A stretch of DNA of 52,961 nt, taken from positions 1 through 52,961 of the IMG/VR virus record IMGVR_UViG_3300021246_000107. One strand, written 5' to 3'. Made by a program: the position numbers and the translations under genes. Of this stretch, positions 46,903 through 52,961 are shown one piece after another; within the stretch, counting starts at the first letter, position 1, and each line of letters begins with the position of its first letter. This DNA is from a virus (taxonomy: Duplodnaviria; Caudoviricetes). The notes beneath the pieces were generated by a model that was not told the origin of the DNA, made no database searches, and worked only from the letters and a program-made list of their open reading frames with translations.

Positions 46903-47568
46903 TCATTCGGCCTTTTCGTAAACACCATCTAGTATTTCTTGCATACGAGGTACGAACATCGCCTTGACCTCTTCAACATCTTCAAATTCATTAATCGAGA
47001 GTTCAAGCGCTAAGACCTTGAACGCTGCTACCTTCTTCCGATCCTCGTCAGCCCTTGCTCTGTACGACGCAGCCGCAGTAATGCTGTTCAAAATAGAGCT
47101 ACCATCTGAGCCAGCCTTCTCAGCTGCAGCCAACTTCTCATTGGACTCAAGTCTAAACTCGGAGCTGAAGCTTTCCACAACATTGAGAATAGTCGCCTGA
47201 TAGGCTTGGACTCTAACCCTATTTGCTTCCGACTTTGCATGCAGCAGTTGCTCATCCTGCTTCAGCGCTGCGGCACGCTGAAGCGCCATCAGCTCCGTGA
47301 ACTCCTTTTTTTGAGTCTCCAATATATCGCGCTGCATATACACAGTTTTAAGCACCGCGAGCAACGTTACAAAGGAGACTAGTGGGCCGAATATACCCCC
47401 AATATAACCACCAAAGTTAGACCACTCGCTGGAAGCAACAGCCAAACTACTTCCAAACTGGAATCGATATAAAAGAACTGCGACAAGAACCGCTAGAGCA
47501 ATACCAAATACCGAAAACAATAGAAAACTTAGATACCTATCTCGTGTACTTCGCTCGGTATTTACCAT
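46903..47568 (-). CDS. Two-TM coiled-coil protein with AbiC-like N-terminus
   Basis: WSNFGGYIGGIFGPLVSFVTLLAVLKTVYMQR. Confidence 0.7.
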   Translation of the reverse strand: MVNTERSTRDRYLSFLLFSVFGIALAVLVAVLLYRFQFGSSLAVASSEWSNFGGYIGGIFGPLVSFVTLLAVLKTVYMQRDILETQKKEFTELMALQRAAALKQDEQLLHAKSEANRVRVQAYQATILNVVESFSSEFRLESNEKLAAAEKAGSDGSSILNSITAAASYRARADEDRKKVAAFKVLALELSINEFEDVEEVKAMFVPRMQEILDGVYEKAE

Positions 47569-47659
47569 GCACTTCTTTCCCTAGAAATATTTTGATCAAT
47601 CTTCCTCTAATTTAACGAATCACGCCAGCCGGCGAGGCAATCGGCTGCCTGGAGCAATT

Positions 47660-48529
47660 ATGAATCCCTACAAGATCACCGGACCAGCCCAGATCGGCGT
47701 CAGCGGAGGCCGCACAAGCGGAGAGATGCTTCGGAAGATTCTCGACGCCCACGGCGGAAAGCTCCCTGCTGATGTTCACGCCGTCTTCCAGAATACCGGC
47801 AAGGAAAGCGAAAAAACGTTGGTGTTCATTGATCAGATCGACAAACGATGGAACGTCGGCATCGTCTGGATGGAGTGGTGCCGAGTATACGGCCAGCCTG
47901 ACGATGCACCGTGGTACAAGCTAATGAATTTCGAGACGGCCAGCCGTAACGGTGAGCCCTTCACGATGATGCTCGAGTACTACGCGGCATACCGAAAAGA
48001 CGTGAAGAACCTTCCTCCGGTGTTGCCGAACTTCTCGAACAACATGTGCACGGCGTACCTGAAGGTGAAAATAGGCGAGAAGCACATGCGTGCCCTGGGC
48101 TACGACGAGTGGGACTGCGTTGTCGGCATCCGCTACGACGAGCCTAAACGCTATCACCGCATGATGGCTGCCAACGACCGCGGCGGCACGCGATGGGACA
48201 ACCTTTGCCCCTCTTACACCGCGGGCATCACGAAGGAGGACGTCGCAGAGTTCTGGAAGGCCCAGCCCTTCGATCTGGGCATGGATTCAGACTTCGGAAA
48301 CTGCGACCTGTGCTGGAAGAAAAGCGAAGGAAAGCTGATCAAGACCATCATCGAAGACCCATCCAGGGTGATCTGGTGGTCGGGCGCCGAAGAACGCTTC
48401 GGCCAGGTATTCCGCCAAGACCGAGCAGATTACAAAACGATGGGGTGGTCAGCTGAGCAGCGCGCCAGGCAAACCGACTTCGATTTCGAGTATCTAGCCG
48501 AAGACATCGACTGTTTCTGTGGCGATTAA
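47660..48529 (+). CDS. PAPS-reductase-like / PP-loop protein (NinC-like)
   Basis: VSGGRTSG, NTGKE, CT..LK, GIRYDE, GNCDLC..K and CFCGD motifs. Confidence 0.85.
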   Translation: MNPYKITGPAQIGVSGGRTSGEMLRKILDAHGGKLPADVHAVFQNTGKESEKTLVFIDQIDKRWNVGIVWMEWCRVYGQPDDAPWYKLMNFETASRNGEPFTMMLEYYAAYRKDVKNLPPVLPNFSNNMCTAYLKVKIGEKHMRALGYDEWDCVVGIRYDEPKRYHRMMAANDRGGTRWDNLCPSYTAGITKEDVAEFWKAQPFDLGMDSDFGNCDLCWKKSEGKLIKTIIEDPSRVIWWSGAEERFGQVFRQDRADYKTMGWSAEQRARQTDFDFEYLAEDIDCFCGD

Positions 48530-48551
48530 ACAGAAGACTTTCTGCACGCAT

Positions 48552-49214
48552 CTATCTTGGCCTAGCGCAGCTCGCCAATAAAGCGTCTGCTGCTTCACAA
48601 AGATTACTTCTAGCGTTATAGATCAACTCCAATCGAGTGATTTGCTTCTGCAAATACCCATCATACTTGTCGGTCGGCTCATCAATCATTGCCATACATT
48701 GGGTGCTGAAAGCAATGATCTCAGACTCGCCGTAACTAACCTGCTTCATGTATTCCTCATAGATTTTCGAGAGCATTTCAACCTCTTCAGTAGACAGATG
48801 ATGGTTCAAAACCAGGTATGCCGACTCCATCCTGCTTTTGCTCTCGCTCGCAGCCGCCCTATAGGTTTCCAACTGGTCGTGAAACCAGAGATCAATATTC
48901 TTGTTTTTCCAAGCTTCCTCGATAAGACCATAACCCTCCGCCACATACCAATAACTGTTCCAAGCACCTTGGCATGCTGCATGAAAATCGCGAACCACTT
49001 GATATTTTTCAGTATGCGAAAACTGTGATTTCCAACCACTTAGAGCTGAAACGGCAACGATCGCCGCTATGGTAGTTGCGATAACCCCAACGATCTCAAA
49101 CAAATCGTGGATGTTACTCACCACCCAAAAATTACTTGGAAATATAAGTTTAGACCAGACAACCCCAGCTAAAAACACACCCAGACACAGCAATAGCTCA
49201 AACCTGAACTTCAT
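48552..49214 (-). CDS. Two-TM membrane protein (cargo)
   Basis: AT-rich; IATTIAAIVAVSALSGWKSQ. Confidence 0.72.
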   Translation of the reverse strand: MKFRFELLLCLGVFLAGVVWSKLIFPSNFWVVSNIHDLFEIVGVIATTIAAIVAVSALSGWKSQFSHTEKYQVVRDFHAACQGAWNSYWYVAEGYGLIEEAWKNKNIDLWFHDQLETYRAAASESKSRMESAYLVLNHHLSTEEVEMLSKIYEEYMKQVSYGESEIIAFSTQCMAMIDEPTDKYDGYLQKQITRLELIYNARSNLCEAADALLASCARPR

Positions 49215-49274
49215 CTATTCACCTCAACCAAAGCTGGCCGATGCTAGCAGCTAGACAGCACGCGAGGTATCCCC

Positions 49275-49550
49275 ATGCGCATAGAAAACAAACCGGCTGA
49301 TCCGTTCGGCCCGAACGGTCGCACCTTCCACATTCATCTGAGCGTGCGCGGGGCAATTCGCGACTTTACCAAGCGCCAACTCAAGGGCATGTTCCGCGTT
49401 GATGGCCGCGAATGCACCGCCGACGAAGCAAAGGATCATCTGCTCGAAGCGCTGGCCCAGGGCAAAGAGGTACTTCCCTTTGGCCCGCTGTGTGAAGGCT
49501 TCGATTTCGCCGGCGGTGGCTGCCCGGGTCATGACAAGGAGGTCGCATGA
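49275..49550 (+). CDS. Hypothetical phage protein
   Basis: GAGG RBS; CEGFDF..GCPGH. Confidence 0.7.
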   Translation: MRIENKPADPFGPNGRTFHIHLSVRGAIRDFTKRQLKGMFRVDGRECTADEAKDHLLEALAQGKEVLPFGPLCEGFDFAGGGCPGHDKEVA

Positions 49551-49885
49551 AGCGCATCTACCTCAGCGGCCCTATGACCGGCCTGCCCGGCCTCAACTTC
49601 GCCGCGTTCAACGCCATGACCACCAACCTGCGCGCCGGCGGCCACACCGTAACCAACCCCGCCGAGATCAACCCCGACGGTGGCACCTGGAACGACTGCA
49701 TGCGCCGCGACATTGCCGCCCTGATGGACTGCGACACCGTGGCCACCCTGCCCGGCTGGGAGCATTCAAAGGGTGCCCGCCTGGAAGTCCTGATCGCCGA
49801 ACGCCTCGGCATGACGGTTGTGAATGCCCATGATCTGGTAGCGAGGGAGAATGCCGCAGTACCAACATTTTCCAAGCTGATGTAA
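49547..49885 (+). CDS. DUF4406 (nucleoside deoxyribosyltransferase-like) protein
   Basis: IYLSGPMTG...NPA...LPGWEHSKGARLE. Confidence 0.9.
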   Translation: MKRIYLSGPMTGLPGLNFAAFNAMTTNLRAGGHTVTNPAEINPDGGTWNDCMRRDIAALMDCDTVATLPGWEHSKGARLEVLIAERLGMTVVNAHDLVARENAAVPTFSKLM

Positions 49886-49931
49886 AAAGTACATCTGCCA
49901 TTTCAGACATTCACCGGATTCCGACCAACAC

Positions 49932-50132
49932 ATGCAGATCATTCGTACTGGAACAGTTTTAACTGGCGAATACGCCGGTTGGACGATAGAAATTCAGGAT
50001 GACCGCGCAGGTGAAACCGGAGGCTATTACCTGTTCCTGATCCAGAACGAATCAAATGGTTTCGATTCTTGGTTTGAACTCATAGAGCAGCTGCAGGAAC
50101 AAATTTCAGAACTCGACGTTCGCTGGAATTAG
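49932..50132 (+). CDS. Small hypothetical protein
   Basis: AT-rich 66-aa ORF. Confidence 0.55.
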   Translation: MQIIRTGTVLTGEYAGWTIEIQDDRAGETGGYYLFLIQNESNGFDSWFELIEQLQEQISELDVRWN

Positions 50133-50207
50133 CGCCTCACTCTTTCGTTCCGCCCCTCCCCATGCCCCCCCTTCAAAGTCAGCCGCTATAGCGGCAAGGA
50201 CGAAGTC

Positions 50208-50855
50208 ATGTCTGAAATAAAGGAACGGCCCATTCTGTTCTCGGCACCGATGGTGCGCGCCATCCTGGAAGGCCGGAAGACGGTCACGCGGCGACCGGTG
50301 AAAGGCTTCCAAATCCCTACCGAGGACACAGCCATTCCGGCAGGCGATCGTCAGCGCTGGAGCGCAATAGGCCAGCGAGACCCACGCTATGGCTTCTGCG
50401 TATTTGGATCGACCGAAGCAGAGTGCGCCAAGAATCTGGAAGAGCAAGCCCCCTGCCCATATGGTCGACGCGGCCAACGACTGTGGGTGCGCGAGACTCA
50501 CGCCGATATCGGCTGCCGGCTGACGTACCGCGCCGACCTCGATGATGGCGCGCACTGCAAGGTGGCCAAATGGACACCGGCCATCCACATGTTTCGCAAA
50601 CACAGCCGCATCCTGCTGGAGATCACCGACGTGCACGTCGAGCGATTGCAGCAAATCAGCGAAGACCAGGCACTGGCTGAGGGCATCTACAGCGATCCGA
50701 CGGTGAACGGAATGTACACCGCCGACGGCGACAACTACTCCAGCAAGTCGGATGGACCTAATCGGGCGTTCGCTGAGCTGTGGAAATCGGTCGGCGGCGA
50801 TTGGGAAGCCAACCCCTGGGTCTGGGTGGTCGAGTTCAAGCGGGTGGCACCATGA
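50208..50855 (+). CDS. ASCH/PUA-like phage protein
   Basis: ERPILFSAPMVRAILEGRKTVTRR, LWVRET and ANPWVWVVEF motifs. Confidence 0.85.
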   Translation: MSEIKERPILFSAPMVRAILEGRKTVTRRPVKGFQIPTEDTAIPAGDRQRWSAIGQRDPRYGFCVFGSTEAECAKNLEEQAPCPYGRRGQRLWVRETHADIGCRLTYRADLDDGAHCKVAKWTPAIHMFRKHSRILLEITDVHVERLQQISEDQALAEGIYSDPTVNGMYTADGDNYSSKSDGPNRAFAELWKSVGGDWEANPWVWVVEFKRVAP

Positions 50856-50987
50856 TCGCCGCGCTCTGGTTTACCTACGTCTTCATCAATATGGGGCAGA
50901 GGCTATTTGTAATTTCAACTGCAAATAGTCGGGAAACCGACAGTTCAACGCGCCGACCATCAAGGCTCATCCAACAAGGAGAGCCTC

Positions 50988-51173
50988 ATGAGAGCGTTCG
51001 CACAAGCAATTATCGCCATTGCTCCAGTGACCAACCGCAAATCCAGGAATCGCTTCCTCCGGGAATGCGACAGATGGACCAACCGCCTATACAGGTGCGA
51101 CTTGGTCAGCCTTCAACAACGCCAGGAACTGCGGCGGCAAATCGCAGCGGCGTGCCTGGTGGCGTTAATGTAA
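50988..51173 (+). CDS. Small hypothetical protein
   Basis: AAGGAG RBS. Confidence 0.55.
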   Translation: MRAFAQAIIAIAPVTNRKSRNRFLRECDRWTNRLYRCDLVSLQQRQELRRQIAAACLVALM

Positions 51174-51215
51174 CCCCAATCCCCCTACATGCCTGCCGGT
51201 GAGCGGCGAGGGGGA

Positions 51216-51458
51216 TCAAGGAAGCTGACTATCAACCCAGCGTTCTGCCGCTGACATTGCTTCGTCCAGGGCGGCCGGGTAATCAGCCCATGGCCCTGCC
51301 AACTCAGCCGCGACCTCACCCATTCCGTGCGTATCCGCGGGCTCGATGATTGTCGCGGATGCAGGCACCCGGTCGTTAGGTCTTTCCCAGACGAACTTGA
51401 GGAATACCGTGTGGCCTCGGTACTCATGAGCGATCGGCACATCCAGATTGTGTGACAC
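51216..51458 (-). CDS. Small hypothetical protein (antisense)
   Basis: GGAGG RBS and GTG start; HEYRGHTV...AAERWVDSQL. Confidence 0.6.
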   Translation of the reverse strand: MSHNLDVPIAHEYRGHTVFLKFVWERPNDRVPASATIIEPADTHGMGEVAAELAGPWADYPAALDEAMSAAERWVDSQLP

Positions 51459-51667
51459 GCGTCCTCCCGCAGGCGCAACGAATTGAACACCTGTTTTACA
51501 CCCATCCCAAGGGCTCAGAAATCCCGGCAAAACGCCATTACTCCATCCCCCTATAGCCGCCGCAGCGGGGGGGGGGGTGGCGCTGACGTCAGCCACCCAG
51601 CGCGACGAAAAAACGACATGAACATAATCAAGAAAGCGCGGCCCAGTGCGGGCCGCGGGAGGTAGTT

Positions 51668-51910
51668 ATGCAAGCAGAGATATTATCGGACGAGGAGCTC
51701 GCCGACCTAACCGGCTACAAGCGTCGATCTGATCAGCGGAAATGGCTCAAAGACCGAAACTGGGTATTCGTCGAGAGCCGCGGCGGCCGGCCGCTGGTGG
51801 GCCGGATGTTCGCCCGCATGAAGCTCGGCATGGTCAATGCCGCAATCGCAGATCCAAACCCGCCGCCGGTCCGTCCGGCTTGGACGCCCGACTTCTCCAG
51901 AGTGAACTGA
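51668..51910 (+). CDS. xis: Excisionase-like protein (DUF4224)
   Basis: LSDEELADLTGYKR...GRPLV; directly before int. Confidence 0.85.
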   Translation: MQAEILSDEELADLTGYKRRSDQRKWLKDRNWVFVESRGGRPLVGRMFARMKLGMVNAAIADPNPPPVRPAWTPDFSRVN

Positions 51911-51911
51911 T

Positions 51912-52961
51912 ATGCGCCCCCGGAACACGGAAAATAGGGACTTGCCGCCTGGAATGGTGCGGCGCAAGCGCCCAAGGAAAAACGGAAAGGTCTGGATCGG
52001 CTACTACTATCGGGACTCTGCCGGCAAAGAGATCTCGCTGGGCACGGACCTGAGCAAAGCTCGCTTGAAATGGGCAGAACTGGAGGCCAAAGACAAACCG
52101 GCGGACCTGACAATGATGAAGGCGATCTTCGACCGGTATGTGCGCGACGTCATCCCGAAAAAGGGGGAGCGAACCCAGAAGGACAACATGGCCGAGCTGA
52201 AGCAGCTTCGCCCTACCTTCGATGAGGCGCCCATCGATTCAATTACGCCGTTCAATATAGCCGGTTACCGTGATGCCCGTTCAGCCAAGGTTCGTGCCAA
52301 CCGTGAGATCGCACTCCTGTCCCACGTATTCAACATGGCCAGGGAGTGGGGTCTGACCGAGCGGGAGAACCCATGCCAGGGCATAAGGAAGAACAAGGAG
52401 GCGCCGCGCGACTACTACGCCAATGCGGCTGTCTGGGATGCCGTCTACGCCGTTGCCGAGCAAGAACTCAAGGAAGCCATGGACCTGGGCTATTTGACCG
52501 GGCAACGGCCTGCTGACGTGTTGATCATGCGCAGCGACGATACCGAAGGTGACTACTTCCTGGTAACGCAGGGCAAGACCGGGCAGAAGCTGCGAATCCT
52601 GATGCGTACCGATGCAGGGGAAAACAGCCTGGGGAGATTGGTCAGGGAGATCGGTGAAAGGAATGTCGGGCATCCGTCCAAGTACTTGTTGATCAACAGG
52701 CATGGAAAGCGGATGACGAAGGGGATGCTGCGCTTGCGCTGGGACAAGGCGCGGGAAAAAGCCCAGCAGAACGCCATCGAACAAGGCGACCCGCTGCTCG
52801 TGGCCAAGATTGGAGGGTTTCAGTTCCGCGACATCCGGCCGAAAGCCGCGTCGGAAATCATCGATATCGGGGATGCTAGCCTGCTGCTGGGACACAGCAA
52901 ACAGGAGATCACAAAGCGGGTTTACAGGAGGATTGGCGCCACCGCGAAACCGTCCAAATAG
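51912..52961 (+). CDS. int: Phage integrase (tyrosine recombinase)
   Basis: TGQRPAD, QGKTG, FRDIRPKAAS, LLGH and RVY; TAG stop at the window end. Confidence 0.95.
   Translation: MRPRNTENRDLPPGMVRRKRPRKNGKVWIGYYYRDSAGKEISLGTDLSKARLKWAELEAKDKPADLTMMKAIFDRYVRDVIPKKGERTQKDNMAELKQLRPTFDEAPIDSITPFNIAGYRDARSAKVRANREIALLSHVFNMAREWGLTERENPCQGIRKNKEAPRDYYANAAVWDAVYAVAEQELKEAMDLGYLTGQRPADVLIMRSDDTEGDYFLVTQGKTGQKLRILMRTDAGENSLGRLVREIGERNVGHPSKYLLINRHGKRMTKGMLRLRWDKAREKAQQNAIEQGDPLLVAKIGGFQFRDIRPKAASEIIDIGDASLLLGHSKQEITKRVYRRIGATAKPSK

Larger units (their letters stand above)
1344..52961. mobile_element. Prophage (lambdoid control and head, Mu/SfV-like contractile tail); left boundary uncertain
   Basis: Full set of integration, immunity, replication, packaging, head, tail and lysis genes. 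Whether 1344-4350 belongs to the phage is inference. Confidence 0.93.

Overview
The window is a nearly complete temperate Pseudomonas-type prophage (about 51 kb), with an IS3-family (IS2-like) element at 1-1290. The phage has lambdoid control (cI/cro, OR/OL operators, O-like initiator with iterons, DnaB, Q) and a lambda-like head and cos packaging module. Its contractile tail is Mu/SfV-like, its lysis genes are split, and xis-int sit at the right end. The late operon runs on the minus strand (about 32.8 kb to 6.5 kb) and the pL early operon on the plus strand (40.9 kb to 52.96 kb). Main points of interest: (i) two adjacent AT-rich genes with HEPN RxxxxH motifs at the left end; (ii) an early operon interleaved with antisense AT-rich cargo genes (AbiC-like, a YbjN-like plus membrane pair, other membrane proteins), two of them behind a duplicated 75-bp promoter/hairpin element; (iii) a second, apparently intact tyrosine recombinase inside the replication-Q operon, in a phage with no recognisable Red/Erf genes; (iv) a WYL-like/BRCT gene next to cI; (v) a frameshifted gene coupled to Q. 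All family calls come from motif recognition by eye; no searches were run. The att sites could not be located.
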